DNA of 63,613 nucleotides, filler included, from Octopus bimaculoides (GCF_001194135.2; 5 parts of 5 records of this genome joined end to end with filler, not necessarily neighbours in it), one strand, 5' to 3'. Counted from the first letter of the whole stretch, positions 1 through 14,895 are shown. Made by a program: numbers and translations. The notes: a model not told the origin generated them from the sequence alone.

Positions 1-481
1 GATGCCTTTGTATTTCGCAATGCCTACCCCCAAGTAACCCATCTGCTGTTATTTATTTTTCTTCTGATTATTTCATTTTTTTTTCCTTTTACTATAAATA
101 TATGTGTTTTTTTTTTCTTGCCGTCTTTCTTAGCAATAAATCGTTTGTAATTTAGTTTTATTTATTCAGTTATTTATTTGTTTATTTATTCAGATTATTT
201 ATCAATAAGGAAATTCTTTGATAGTCGTAAAACTTATTAAGAGCTTACAATCACTCAAGTGTCAGCCACACACATTGCCGTGATATCACCTACTGATACA
301 CAGCAATTGCATACGTCATCTGCATATCTTGACACAAAACCCATTTCCTTATGTACACATACCTACCTATTGATATAATTTGTCTGCACTCTTGGACAGC
401 AATTGTTGTTCTTGCTGTTTTTGCTATCATCATAATCATCATCATCATTATTATAATTATTGTTATTATTATTATTATTAC

Positions 482-515
<34 letters not shown>

Positions 516-922
516 GCTGTTGTTATTATTATCATGATGATGATCATCATCATCATCGTCAACATATTTCTTTTATTTGGAGTTCGTTCAGTTATTTTTC
601 TTTTTGTCTTTTTGTTCGTTTTTCTTCTGTTGTTTTATTTATTTTCCTTTCTTTTTTTCTTTTTTTTTTCGCTTTTTTAGCACATTGACGTCTCTCAAGA
701 TATTTCACAGAAAATTAGATTATTGCCAAGTTTTACTGACTGAAAATGTTTCTTTTATGTGGATTTAGGAGGATTATCTTTGAAATTGGGGTTTCAGAGC
801 GTATATACATCTAACCCATGCCTGGGATACACAGACAGTCCGTACGTACGTCCATATACATACATACATACATACATACATACATACATACATACATACA
901 TACATACATGCATGCATGCATG

Positions 923-953
<31 letters not shown>

Positions 954-1321
954 TTATGTTTTCTTTATTTGTGAATTTATCCACCAATGCAGTGTTGAAC
1001 ACTCATNNNNNNNNNNNNNNNNNNNNNNNNNNNNNNNNNNNNNNNNNNNNNNNNNNNNNNNNNNNNNNNNNNNNNNNNNNNNNNNNNNNNNNNNNNNNNN
1101 NNNNNNNNNNNNNNNNNNNNNNNNNNNNNNNNNNNNNNNNNNNNNNNNNNNNNNNNNNNNNNNNNNNNNNNNNNNNNNNNNNNNNNNNNNNNNNNNNNNN
1201 NNNNNNNNNNNNNNNNNNNNNNNNNNNNNNNNNNNNNNNNNNNNNNNNNNNNNNNNNNNNNNNNNNNNNNNNNNNNNNNNNNNNNNNNNNNNNNNNNNNN
1301 NNNNNNNNNNNNNNNNNNNNN

Positions 1322-1364
<43 letters not shown>

Positions 1365-1419
1365 CACAAATATATACTTTATACATATATACATACATAC
1401 ATACACACATACATACATA

Positions 1420-2625
1420 CAGGGTGCGTAAGGTACTTGAGAACATACCTTTTTCGGGTCATTGCCGAAGTTTTTGCTAGCTCTGTATAATCTTTGTTTC
1501 AGAAAATAATAATAGCAGACCATCAGCTTACTCACGAAATGAAATGAAGAGGCAAGCTGTTATTAATGGTTATAAAGGCTGAGCATAGTGATTTAGAAAT
1601 ATTTTGATTTTTAAAAGTTGCCAGATTTTTCGTCTACAAATTTATAAGGAGTAAGAGACTGAAGATGGAAACGTATCACCAGTATCAAAGCAAAAATGTT
1701 CAACAGACCATTGATTACAATCCCAGAAAGTCCATGAGGTCAACAGAAAAAGATCTTCATGTGTTTGAAAGAACAGTCAGAAATGTTGTCCACGAAGGTA
1801 TCCGGTATAAGTCTTATATGATGAGGAAAGGTCAATTTGTAAGAAAAAGCAAAAGGAAATCACTACATCAGATCTAAAATGTTCTTAAACAAACTGAAAA
1901 GTCTAGCAGAAGAAGATTTGATTTAGTTTTTCCCAAACGAGAAAAACTTCGATTAATATCAAAAAGTTAACAGAAGAAACGACAGATGGTTATGTGCAGG
2001 CCCTTCTGAAGTTCCAAGTGTTATGCATACAAAATTTCCTGCAACTGTCGTGGTTTTAGGGGCTGTCAGCAATGAAAGACATGTGGTGTCTCCTTACTTC
2101 TTTCCACAAGGCCTTACAGGTAACTCTACCGCCTACAGTGAGGTCCTGGAAACAATTGTTAAGCCTTGGATAGGCAGTGTACGCAATTGAAGGTCATATG
2201 TGTTTCAGTAAGAGTCTACGCTATCACACATGGCTCTAGTAACACAGGAATGGATGGCTGAAAATTTCTAATGATCACTTAACTTCCTAATTACCCAGAT
2301 CTCAATCCATTGGACTATTACATGTGGAGCATTGTTGAGAGAGAGGTCAATGAACACGCCCATAACACCAAAGATTCTTTGAAAGTTGCCATAGTCAGAG
2401 TAATGTCCAAAATGAACCAGGATCACTTGATTCGAGCACTTGATTAGATGATTTAGATCTCATATAGAAGCAGTTGTTGAAGCTGAAGTTGGCTTTATTG
2501 AATAACATTACAGAAAAGAAGGTTTATTTTTATCCTCATGGCATTTTTTGATAAAGTTATTATCTGTTATCATATATCTGTTTTTTATAAACATAAATCT
2601 CTCCTCAAATACCTTACGCACCTTG
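1420..2625 (+). mobile_element. Full-length but decayed Tc1/mariner element, maT (DD37D)-like
   Basis: TA|CAGGGTGCGTAAGGTA ... TACCTTACGCACCTTG|TA terminal inverted repeats with TA flanks; broken frames read FPNEKNF, VNRRNDRWLCA, PDLNPLDYYMWSIVE. Confidence 0.88.
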
Positions 2626-2634
2626 TATGTATAT

Positions 2635-2678
<44 letters not shown>

Positions 2679-3529
2679 CTATGATAATGATAATGATAAT
2701 AAAATGATAATAATAGTATTAATAGTTATCGCCAAGCTAACATGGCAGTCCAGAAAAATAGGACGAATGCTGCCGTTGATTAGCTCCAAGAGGCCATCGC
2801 CTCTAGCTAGCTATGTGACACACGAACCTGTGTCCATTATAACCTTCGAACAGGAGAAGTCTTGTAATTCGCTCAAACTGCCCATTAAATTCATCGAAGG
2901 ATAGTCGAAGGACTATAAACTTTATGCAATTCCAGTGGTTGTGGGCTTCTCACTCTTACAGACTTTCTGTTAAGATAATCTCTTTTTTTTTTTTTTTTGA
3001 GTGGTAGGGAAGAATTTTTCCTAATCTCACCGATAGTCAGGCACTTCTAACGAGCCTTCTTATATATTCCGAATGTCGGAAACATAGAAAAAGTAAGAGT
3101 GAGGAGTAGGTGGGCTTCAACGATGTGGAACATACTAATAACAACCAGTTTAAGATTTTAAGAAATGTTACACTTTAACTGCTTCACCTACGTATGTCCT
3201 TCAGTGTATCTTGAGTGAATGTATATATTCAATTATTTATTCTAAACAATTTTTTATGTGTCTCCTAGTATATTGTATAACGACCTTGTTTCTCTCTTCG
3301 TTTTTATATAACTGTTTATATCCCCATTTCTTTATAACTACCTTTAATAACACGTGCAGCACTGAAAAATTAACTAAGGTGCAAATATTTACTTATGTGA
3401 TCCAGTGAGATGTTATAATATTATTAGACAGAAGAGATACAGACTGACCATAAATACCCACCGCCCACGTGGCACTGGAACTAAAAAGATACATTGTTGT
3501 CATCACGCTCATTTAAAATACAAGTCTGT

Positions 3530-4310
3530 CAGAATTTGAGAGTATCAAGGATATGGGGTGCATATTTTTCTGGATGAAAACCAGCAGAGAAGATACGTGT
3601 GATCCGTTTTGGCTTTGTAATAAAGAGCAAAGTTGTGAACGAATTATGTGAGTAATTAACAAAATGCCAAAAGATGGCTTGGTGTTGTTGGCAAATATGG
3701 TATGAGAATGTTCCACAACAATTGGGTGTGCACTGAGCAGACAATCAATGTTAGCAACACCAAAGGAAAAAGGAAAAACGAGTGACCTAGACACACCTGT
3801 ACCCACACACTGGCATCTCCTAGATTATATTTTAACTATGCAGCAGAACTGCACTGATATACATATTAAGTGAGACATGAGAGTGGCAAACTGCAGCGCA
3901 GACCACCTAATGCTTTGATCAAAGACAGCCTTCCCTATGATCGCCAAATGGAACAAGATAACACTTCACAAGCCCATTAAGTTTGCAACAGAGAAGTTGG
4001 CGGATAAGAATATAAAAGACACTCAGGAAAGAGATGTGAATGATATTCTATAATCGTGGAATAAAAAAAAAAACAACAATAAAATCCGGGAAGTATAAAT
4101 GCAAGGTCGTCCCCTTTTCACATTGCAATATATGACACGTACAGAATAGTGTTTGGAAAAACAAGGGCGCATCGAAACTGGTTTAAATGCGATGATGTCA
4201 CCATGCAACAAATATTGGCAGAAATGCTTCCACGTTCACAACACTCGTTCAAACTTAGTCAGATTCAGAGAAGCCAGAGAAGGCTGCAATAGTATACCTG
4301 TAGTATGAAA
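3530..4310 (+). mobile_element. Degenerate RTE/BovB-like LINE ORF2 fragment (APE endonuclease and linker)
   Basis: GCIFFW..KPAEK..FGFVIKS; HWHLLDYILTMQQNCTDIHIK*DMRVANCSADHLML*SK from 3808; VFGKTRAHRNWFKCDD near 4150. Confidence 0.65.
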
Positions 4311-6079
4311 TTGAACTAGTGGACAAAACAAAATAATTCTGCAACAAACTACAATTGATTTCTGTGTTAGGAGCAGCTTCTATGCTTGATTTGAGAAGAG
4401 GGTGATGAAAAATTTACATAAGATAGAATGTAGCAGCGTTTTGTTTTGTTTTGTTTTGATTGTTTGTTTGTTTGTTTTTGATTATTTAACATCTGCAATG
4501 TACATCTTCGGGTTATACATATACAAAAGACGGTTGATTGTCCTACAAGTAAGCATCCTACAAGTAAGCATGAGGGATGAAGTGAGAGTAAGCGATGTGG
4601 AAGACAATGGTGATGGAGGTGAGGGGAAGGCGGTGAAGACAAAGGTATTGATAGTGGTGTCATCAGAAGTCTGAATGGTATGTGTATGGTAGATGTGGTG
4701 GCGCTGCTGGTGGTACTGTTGTTTATCATGCAGCTTTGCAATAAATTTCAAGTCGACAAATTATATCATAGTTCTGATGAAAATTGTTCATTGCTTGAAA
4801 AATATTGTTGAAGTTTAATAAAATTTAATATGTACTCAATGCATGAAGTGTCATTGTTGGGCTCAAGGCCTAATGAAGAGCCCTCCACAGGAGCTAGCTT
4901 AAAGCTAGTGTTTAATATATCTGCTCACTAATGGTGCTGCCATTATTATGGCTAATGCTCCCGGGATTAACATGCAAATACACTGTCAAAAGCCTTTTAG
5001 TAATCAATCCAGTAAAAGCTACTTAAAATGAATCAAATTTTCCTGTCTTCGGAGCCACAGCACTTGAGGCAGGAAATAAGCGAGAAACTGGAGGTTTCGT
5101 TCTCTAGAAAAGAACTGACTAGAGACTGCGAGCAGCAGTCATTTCCATAGTTTTACGGTATTCGTTGAGTGATGGAGACTGGAGAAAGGAATGAAGCTAA
5201 TGAAAAAGAAAAAAAAACACCCGAAGAAAGAGTGGGACCAGACAAGAGAGTAGCAAGAAGCTTGAAGTCACTCATGGTGTGGTGTTCATATCCACACAAA
5301 ACGCCTGAATTTTTCGGCAACTTGCATGAAGTACTGTATGCTACGTGAATTAACTTTAAGACAATACGAATCAAATACGGTGTTAATTGAGGTGTTGTTG
5401 GGAGACAAGTATCAGGCGCTAATAATGACAGAGGATTATTAAAGACAGCCGTTAATGGTCTTTCAGTAGCCGAGGAGCCACAGCGCCAAAACGCCAAAGA
5501 ATCTGGGATCCTTCACAGCTCGGCTAAAACTAAAATTGATCAAGGGCAATCTTAGGGTACCCATTTGTATTAGGTGTACCAATATCGCTTCTTAATACGT
5601 TACATTATGTTCCACCCCAACCCTCCTGCTTTTCCGTATTTGTGGGTTTCCACACGTTTTATAACTCTTTTCGAATGACACGTTCTGCATTTAATGTATA
5701 GACCCTTGAGGCCAATAAATTATTGTTGTTGGTGATGTTGTTGTTTCGTTATTTACTATTGTTTCTTTGTCTCAACGATGATNNNNNNNNNNNNNNNNNN
5801 NNNNNNNNNNNNNNNNNNNNNNNNNNNNNNNNNNNNNNNNNNNNNNNNNNNNNNNNNNNNNNNNNNNNNNNNNNNNNNNNNNNNGAGAGAGAGAGAGAGG
5901 GGGAGAGAGAGAGAGGAAGTTAGTGTTTAAAAACAGTTGTCAGAAACAATCTCATGAAAAGCCTGACAAGAGATAAAAATATGGAAACATATTAGAGATG
6001 TAATTAGCTTTTTCGGTTCTTGGTCAAAAAAAGAAGTTAATCTATCATAACTAATAAAGAACAAGTTATCCTATCATGG

Positions 6080-6083
6080 TTGA

Positions 6084-6134
<51 letters not shown>

Positions 6135-6358
6135 GCAGACAGACAGAAAGAAAGAAAAAGAGGAGGAGGAGGATAAGAAAAAGAGGAGAAGGAGAAGAGC
6201 AGATGATGATGATGACGACGACGACGACGACGACGACGAAGAAGAAGAAGAAGAAGAAGAAGAAGAAGAAGAAGAAGAAGAAGAAGNNNNNNNNNNCGAC
6301 GACGAAGAAGAAGAAGAAGAAGAAGAAGAAGAAGAAGAAGAAGAAGAAGAAGAAGAAG

Positions 6359-6390
<32 letters not shown>
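6080..6390. repeat. Compound microsatellite (GAAA)n/(GAT)n/(GAC)n/(GAA)n, representative of many simple repeats in the window
   Basis: Direct reading. Others include (ATT)n 440-520, (TACA)n 857-950, (TGAG)n 10277-10990, (AT)n many, (GAT)n 19503-19560, (GTT)n 56653-56790, (TATC)n 63570-63613. Confidence 0.95.
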
Positions 6391-7104
6391 TTTTGACAAC
6401 ACTTGTGGTCAGCAAAGTTTTAGCTATATTGTTTTTGTTGGTGAGATGACAGCTTTGGAGCCGTACTAGCGAAAGGAAAGAGAGAATAATGAAAAAGATA
6501 AAATGATAAGCAAAAACAACGACAACAAAAATGGAAGCAAATGCAAAGAGAAAAAAAGACATATTCTGTTCTTTTGCTTAAAGCAGAACTATATGTCTTC
6601 AGAATATCAAACTACTTCTATAGAAGATCTAGAATAACTTCTGCTCAAATATTTACCGTATTTTCCAGTATACTAGTCGAATTTTTCGGGCCAAAATTTA
6701 CAGCCGAAAAATGGTAGGTCGACTTATACTCCAAGACGACTGTAGAGGACTAAAAATTCCATGTAAAATGCAGCAAGATTTTGAAAAATAGTGACGGTGT
6801 TTCAATGTTTACACTACAAATTTTATACTACATTTTACGGAGAATACTGTATAGGTATCTAGTTAGAAATATTGCTTTCAAGTTTTAACTCCGAAATTCT
6901 GCTAAGCATTTCGTCCTGCGCGTTACAAGTTCTGCCAGCTCGCCGCTTTAACTTGCTAGAAATATTAGCTTTACAAATATTAGTTTATCTGCTCTAAGTT
7001 TTCTTCAAACTATAAAGAAAGGGCTGTATTTTGGTCCACCAATATTATCTTTGACTTTTATATAAAGATCATCATTACCTCGAATAATTAATTGACAATC
7101 TAGC

Positions 7105-7578
7105 TACGTGAAAAATTTGACACACCAAAATATTTTCACATGAGAAATTTGACACTGTCCAAAATAATATTTGCACAAGAGAAATTTTGACAGTCCAAAA
7201 TAATATTTGCACATGAGAAATTTGATAGTCCAAAATGATATTTTCACATGAGAAATTTGACACTGTCCGAAATGATATTTTCACGTGAGAAATTTGACAC
7301 TGTCCAAAATAATATTTTCACACGAGAAATTTGACACTGTACAAAATAATATCTGCACATGAGAAATTTGACACTATCCAAAATAATATTTTCACATGAA
7401 AAATTTGACACTGTCCAAAATAATATTTTCACATGAGAAATTTGACACTGTCCAAAATAATATTTGCACATGAGAAATTTGACAGTCCAAAATAATATTT
7501 GCACATGAGAAATTTGAGACTGTCTAAAATATTATTTTCACATGAGAGATCTGACACTGTCCAAAATAATATTTTCAC
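7105..7578. repeat. 37-bp minisatellite, about 13 copies
   Basis: Unit tgagaaatttgacactgtccaaaataatattttcaca repeated with few substitutions. Confidence 0.92.
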
Positions 7579-8214
7579 TTTTATTTCATTGACATTTTAG
7601 TGCAGCCAACCTATTTCGATCGTTTTGTCCCGCCTTGTCTATTTCGGATGGATTTAAACACGAATCCATTGTTTATTTCTCTTCCACGTGGATATGGATT
7701 TGATACAGTGTCTCTGAAAACTGTATCGGCGGGAAATAATTGCTAACTCTTGATACGATTAATCAAGCTGAGCATGTTTAAGATTAGAGGATGAACAAAA
7801 TTTTGCTCCTGTTGTTGTGGTGGTGGTGGTGCGTGGGGGGTGATGGTGATGATGATGATAGTGATGATAACGACGATGACGATGTTGTTGCAGCTGATTG
7901 ATGTCGATGATGTTATGGTTGTTTGTGTTGATATATTTGTTGTTGTAAATGATATTATTTTGTTGTTGTTCCTGTTTAGCTGCAGTTCAATCTTGATAAG
8001 GCAAATACATTTTCACTGGCTTCAGAGCCGGTCGTGATGTTTCTGTTTTACCAGGTTTGTCGAGAAACTACATTATTTAATATGGTCTTAATGGACTTTA
8101 TTCCATTTTAATAACGTTAGTTGCAATTTGCTGGATGTTTGGTAACTATTTCTGGCCGACTAAAACATCTCGGAACTTCAGCATTTATCTATTATGTGGA
8201 GGATGTGGGAAGAT

Positions 8215-8410
8215 TTAAGTTAAAATGGAAGGAATCCATAGTATGCGCAGCATTGCTTCATGGAATTGCTGAGATCAATGCAGCTGATATTTTTCTTCAA
8301 CACCTAAAAGTTGGCATGAGAAAAGAATTTTCTGTTGTTATTATAAGGAAGGAAGAACTGGAGATGTGTTTGGCGTGTGACCTGAGGATGGACACAATGT
8401 TGTGATACGA
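8215..8410 (+). mobile_element. Very degenerate RTE LINE C-terminal remnant
   Basis: KLKWKESIVCAALLHGIAE resembles RTE LRVKGRLY..AMLHGSE; gaactggagatgtgtttggcgtgtgacctgaggatggac resembles RLRWFGHV.RMD. Confidence 0.3.
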
Positions 8411-8959
8411 TGAGGAGATACGAAAACATTTGTGGCATGAGACCAGCCAGATCTGAAGAGCAGAGAACAATAGAGAAGTAATAAAAAAGACAGACAGCAG
8501 GCATGCATGAAAGCTAGATGTTTAACTGCATGGTGCATAAAAAAAATCAACTTTCAATTATCAATTATCGTTCTAATTTCACTTCATTTCTATTTTTTAT
8601 CTGCTTGTCCTTTCTGTATTTATCATTTTTTTTCCCCTTTCATCAATTTTTTTTTTGTTCTTTCTCCCATTTTCTCTATATTACTTTCCATCAGTTTTTC
8701 CACATTCATTTTTAACAGTTTTACAATTTCCCCTTTCCCAAGCTTCCTCACTTCACCCATTAACAGTTTTCTTTTCATACACACACTTTTTTCCATAACT
8801 TCCTTAACGGTCTTTCTTTTCCTATTCGTTACCAATTTTCTTTCTCAATTCAGTGAAGTTAGTAATCACTGTTATATTTTCTCGGTCAGTTTGCCGTGAT
8901 GTATGTTCCCATGTAATACTAAGAAACTTTTTTCTTTTATTATCATTATTAATCTGTGT

Positions 8960-8990
<31 letters not shown>

Positions 8991-9217
8991 NNNNNNNNNN
9001 NNNNNNNNNNNNNNNNNNNNNNNNNNNNNNNNNNNNNNNNNNNNNNNNNNNNNNNNNNNNNNNNNNNNNNNNNNNNNNNNNNNNNNNNNNNNNNNNNNNN
9101 NNNNNNNNNNNNNNNNNNNNNNNNNNNNNNNNNNNNNNNNNNNNNNNNNNNNNNNNNNNNNNNNNNNNNNNNNNNNNNNNNNNNNNNNNNNNNNNNNNNN
9201 NNNNNNNNNNNNNNNNN

Positions 9218-9253
<36 letters not shown>

Positions 9254-11359
9254 ATTCGTTAGTGTGCGTGTAAGTATTTTACTATAAATCCTGTTAATTT
9301 CCTGTAAATTTTACGCCAAAAGATTTCTATTTGCTTTACGATCTGACATTATTATTTTCCGTTTGTATATTCCTCCGTAGAAATTTTTTATCACCCAGAA
9401 ATGTTTTATATCCCGTGTTATTTTTCTATTTTCTATATTTTGTACTTTCTTATATCTTCTTAGTTTTCAGAAGTTCGCACCCTATTAACTGTATGAGAAT
9501 CTTTTCTTTTCTTTTTTTAATCCTATATCTTCTTATACTATAAGATTTTTCTTCGTATTAAGCTATATTGATTTATCCAGCACAACAGACAAAACTTTCA
9601 CTTCTATTTAATGTTTCGTTTTTCATTTTATCTATGCTGCTTCGTTTTTATTATTCATCCAATGTCGTTTCGGTTATCATTACTACATATCTAACATTAC
9701 GGAATCATAGACCCTACAACAGCATTTCTCACACAACTTTTCTCTGGTTCTTATTGTTGTTGGTGTTAACCCCAAATTACCCACGAGCAAGCAGACCAAT
9801 GATTTAAGCTGTGGGTTTCCTGTCATTTATTCGAGACGTTACGTATCTAGGACTACATTATCCAATGTGTCCATTATTAAAATTTTTTTATTTAGACTGA
9901 AGTCTGTCATTTAGTTGTCATTCGTTTCATTTTCATCTCACACCTTAACGCAGTTTCTTTGACATATAATGCATGTGTGTGTACGCGCGCGCGTGTGTGT
10001 ATATTTGTGTGTGTGTGTGTGTATTAGAGAGGCACAGAGTGAGATAATATAATTTAATGATATATATCAGATGATCCTAATATAACGCAGCTAGGGTATC
10101 CTTCTTGGTATAAATCACAAGTTAAAAAAGAAGGACGAAGGCCAACAAACTCCTGGTGGCATTATCCTGGTGAGAGAAATTCCTAATGGAAGTGGACAAC
10201 TGGTGGAGAATGTCCAGGATAAGGATGAGTGGTGGACGAAAGTCGATGATTTATGCCCCAGGCTGAGCTAAGGCTGTGAGTGAGTGAGTGAGTGAATGAG
10301 TGAGTGAGTGAGTGAGTGAATGAGTGAGTGAGTGAGTGAGTGAGTGAGTGAGTGAATGAGTGAGTGAGTGAGTGAGTGAGTGAGTGAGTGAGTGAGTGAG
10401 TGAGTGAGTGAGTGAAGGAAGGAGGGAGTAACATTATCAAATCACAACTTATCNNNNNNNNNNNNNNNNNNNNNNNNNNNNNNNNNNNNNNNNNNNNNNN
10501 NNNNNNNNNNNNNNNNNNNNNNNNNNNNNNNNNNNNNNNNNNNNNNNNNNNNNNNNNNNNNNNNNNNNNNNNNNNNNNNNNNNNNNNNNNNNNNNNNNNN
10601 NNNNNNNNNNNNNNNNNNNNNNNNNNNNNNNNNNNNNNNNNNNNNNNNNNNNNNNNNNNNNNNNNNNNNNNNNNNNNNNNNNNNNNNNNNNNNNNNNNNN
10701 NNNNNNNNNNNNNNNNNNNNNNNNNNNNNNNNNNNNNNNNNNNNNNNNNNNNNNNNNNNNNNNNNNNNNNNNNNNNNNNNNNNNNNNNNNNNNNNNNNNN
10801 NNNNNNNNNNNNNNNNNNNNNNNNNNNNNNNNNNNNNNNNNNNNNNTGTGAGTGAGTGAGTGAGTGAATGAGTGAGTGAGTGAGTGAGTGAATGAGTGAG
10901 TGAGTGAGTGAGTGAGTGAGTGAGTGAATGAGTGAGTGAGTGAGTGAGTGAGTGAGTGAGTGAGTGAGTGAGTGAGTGAGTGAGTGAAGGAAGGAGGGAG
11001 TAACATTATCAAATCACAACTTATCTTAATAAAAGTGTGGATGCATTAGACAGTGTAGTCTTAGGTGCATTATGTCCGAAAATGACAGGATGGTCACGGT
11101 TGAAACATCCATTAGTCGTAGTCTGCTAGATCACTATTACTTAAACAACAACTACAACAGCAGCAACAACAACAAACTAGACTAACGTGTGAGTAACAAC
11201 ATAAACAACTTAATCTATGAAGCCACCATCTACTAGAAATGGTAGCCAAATTTCCCTCATTCTGCATTGTACTGTTTTAAAAACAATGATGGATACATTG
11301 AGTAATATCATGCTCGATACAATATGACTTCAATCACAGATCTATTTGATCAGACCAGC

Positions 11360-11392
<33 letters not shown>

Positions 11393-11707
11393 AACGTTGA
11401 AAGCGATAACAAACAAAGAAAGCAACGAAAACAAAGAAATTGTATGAGAAATATTGATGAAGGATCAATATTTGATTGCATAATGTTAGATGTGTATCAG
11501 CGATAACTCAAACGAAATTTGATGACCAATAAAAATGAATCAGCACTGATAAAATGAAAAGCAAAACAATAAATGCAAGAGAAAGTTTCTGTCTATAGTG
11601 TGGGATAATAACAATATAGATTAACATAGAGTATATTTCCACTCTTTTTTGTATTTCCATCTCACAATAACAAAAATTATATATATGTCTGTGTAGGAGA
11701 GAATATA

Positions 11708-11768
<61 letters not shown>

Positions 11769-11983
11769 GTATTCATATATATACATGTATATTCATAATG
11801 AATATAAATTCATATATACATACATACATGCATACATACATACATACATGCATACATAAAAAAATTACATGATTACAGAGTCACAGGTGGAGTAAAAAGA
11901 AAGCAATCGAAAGTAACGAATGTAGAATAGAATATCAGAATAGATAAAAATTCATGTACGTGCTTGTGTGTGTACATATATAC

Positions 11984-12016
<33 letters not shown>

Positions 12017-12589
12017 TGTATGTATGTATGTATGTATGTATGTATGTATTTATCCATTCATTCATCTATCTATTCATTTATCTGTGCATCTGTCTGTCTG
12101 TCTAGACGTACGTATGTATGTATATGTTTGCGTGTGTATGTGTACATACATATATATACATGTATATATGAATGTATGTATGTATGCGTATAGGTATCTA
12201 TATGTATATGTATATGTGTGTGTAGGTATTTATGATTTGTGTATATGAATCTTCTAATAGAGAACGTAGTCATATGAAGGATATAAGAAACAATAATAAT
12301 ATTAATACAATTAGCATATGACTAAGGTAATTATATAATGAAAAATCCTAAAGTATGAGATATATAGATGCAAAATTAAATATAAGAATCTCTAAGAGTT
12401 TTTAGGGTGCGAAGTATTAAAGAATGAGATCGTACAACCGACAAAATATTTTACAGTTTCTAGAGCACCTGAAGTCTTCTGGCGAAAACTTATGGGAAAT
12501 TAAGAAGGTTTACAATATGTAAGAACATAAGTTAACACTGAAGATAAAAATCAATAATCTCGTTGATACAGGAGAATACATATCACTTA

Positions 12590-13470
12590 ATAAAGAATGG
12601 AAAAGGAGAAAGTGATATATAATAAAATTGAAACTACTGGTAAATAATGAATGTAGACAACTGATAAGGGATGAATTTGGAAAACTGATAAAAATGGAAA
12701 AGAAAAATTTGATAAAGAATGCAAAAAGTAAAAAGACAAAGCGATGTAGAATGGACATGAAAACAGATAAAAAATGCAGAAGCAAAAATCTACAAGAAAT
12801 GGAGAAGTGGAAACTGATAAAGAATAAATGTAGAAAACTGGTAAAGAACACGTCTGAAAAACTGATAAAAAACGGAAAAGGAAAATCTGAAAAGTGGAAA
12901 ATTCTAATAAACAATAGGATAGAAAAGACAAAACTTATATGGATGAGATGAAAATTGATATCAAAAGAAGAAATGAAAAATTGATGCAGAATGTATATAA
13001 ATATACTGACAAAGAAAGCAAAGGAAAAAAAATTGACAACGTATATAAATGATAAAACAGCTAAAGACCTGAAATGAAAACTGAAAATAATGACAAAAAA
13101 AAGAAGACTGATTAAAATTTTTAAGCGATAAAAGAGTACGGAATTGAAACTGATATAAAAATTCAAAATTGCTATATGGATATGTAATTTCGAATAAAGA
13201 ATGATCATGGAAAACAGGGAAGAATGGTAAGCAAAAGACTGATTTAAAAAATGGAGAAAAGTGAAGCAGACAAAGGATGCAAAAGGAAAAAAACATAAGA
13301 AATCGAAAAGAAAAGACTAATAAAGTATGAATATGGAGAATTGATAAAGGATGAATGTTAAAAAAAAAAACTTGCAAAGAACGATATGGAAAACTGACAA
13401 AGGATGGATATTTTAAAAAAACTGATAAAGAATGAATTTATGTAGAAAAACTGATAAAGAATACTTATGA
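12590..13470. repeat. A-rich degenerate tandem repeat (aaaactgataaagaat-like)
   Basis: Motif aaactgataa(a/g) recurs throughout; explains the Phe/Ile-rich minus-strand ORFs. Confidence 0.6.
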
Positions 13471-14850
13471 AAATTAATACACAATGCAGCTTTTACTTTT
13501 TAGCTCTTGAAGAATGTCAATTGCATTGATATCAGTGGTCCCATGGGATAATACTGCGACTGGCATGGGCACTGACCATTCTTCCAAAGAAAACTATTTA
13601 AAATACGAGAAATATGCCAATTTTTAATGATCTGACATTGTACCTGGAATATAAGATACCCTCTTATTTAGGTACATATCTTACAGAGCACAGACGATCA
13701 AACTCGTTGAGTTTGCCGATGTGTTAGAGGTACAACATTCTAAAAAGTCTCTCGTCTAAACATTCCGAATCAAAATTCTGGATCGAACTGGAAATCGCAT
13801 CTTTGAGAAGCAAACATTTTAAGAAAGTGATCGTATTTGCATCTAGAAATTCTCTTGAAGTATATAAATATCAACAGCAAATCAGAATCGATACAATCAG
13901 CTTTATACCAAAATATTCGGGTTTAATGTGGGTAGCTAGATTAAACTTGGTACCTACAATTGCCAGTTCTGCTCAGATACACATGGAAATCGTTGCATTG
14001 CAGCGAAATTTAATAAGTAACCATATGTTTGCAAGTCCAACACCAAATACATACTATCATTTTATAAGGAATTTCACAAACTTGAAAGCTTCAGGGTAAA
14101 GCAGTTAACGATATCAGATAATTTTGAAGCAGATTTTAAATAATTAGTAACTGGCTACACAGTGAACTGATTAATCGATACAAGGTTGTACACACAGAAA
14201 ATCAGAAAACACTATCCTCTGTGAACTTCGCCAATATTACAGTGTTACTAATTACCGTTTATCTTCTAAAAATAATGAGGTAATTCTTCCTAATTCTTGA
14301 TTATTCATTTTGCCAATGGCATGTTGAAAATTCCCCAACAGTTGCAAGGTTCGTCTATTAATTGATTTCATATACATATGTGTGTGTGTGTGTATACACT
14401 TACACACACGCACACAGATATTTACGTATTTATAATGATACATATATTTACATATATACATGCATAAGCATATGCATACACATACATACGCACTTATTTA
14501 AATTGATATATCTATGTATATGCGTCTATACATACCTGAGAACTATTATGTGAACACACGTCTCTTTTGGTAACATTATATTTTTCCTTTTCTCTTCTCT
14601 CTCTCTCCCTCTCTCTCTCTCTCAACGTTTTTCTATCCCTTTTTTTCTCTGTTTCTTAAAGACTATCACTTGAAACATCAAATTCTCATCTATTTTCTCT
14701 TTGGAGTGTAAATCTTCTTTCTCCACTTCTTGGTTTTTTGCTTTTTCGCTTTCTATTTCTACACTTTTGAGGTATCTACTATAACCTTTCTAACTCCGCA
14801 TATTTTTTTATTTTTCAGTTTCTTTGCTCCCTGCCTCAGATTTTACTCGT

Positions 14851-14895
<45 letters not shown>

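Noticed and set aside
290-6562. Poly-I, poly-E, poly-K and YI/HT-repeat ORFs, and all X-rich ORFs in the track
   Set aside because: Translations of microsatellites or N gaps.
6654-6745. TACCGTATTTTCC...GTCGACTTATAC resembling a pogo/Tc2 terminal repeat
   Set aside because: No matching opposite end or transposase found.
7105-7578. 37-bp repeat array resembling CRISPR repeat length
   Set aside because: Units are directly adjacent with no unique spacers and there are no cas genes; it is a minisatellite.
10277-11025. Apparent duplication of (TGAG)n plus a 39-bp unique flank on both sides of a gap
   Set aside because: Identical sequence at both gap edges is the usual sign of an unmerged contig overlap; the same pattern occurs at 30001-30060.
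12510-13377. Long Phe/Ile/Leu-rich ORFs resembling membrane proteins
   Set aside because: They are the reverse complement of an A-rich tandem repeat; no splice structure or family motif.
13500-14150. Unique-looking stretch with coding-like composition
   Set aside because: Stops in the frames I read and no recognisable motif; needs tblastx/HMM search.
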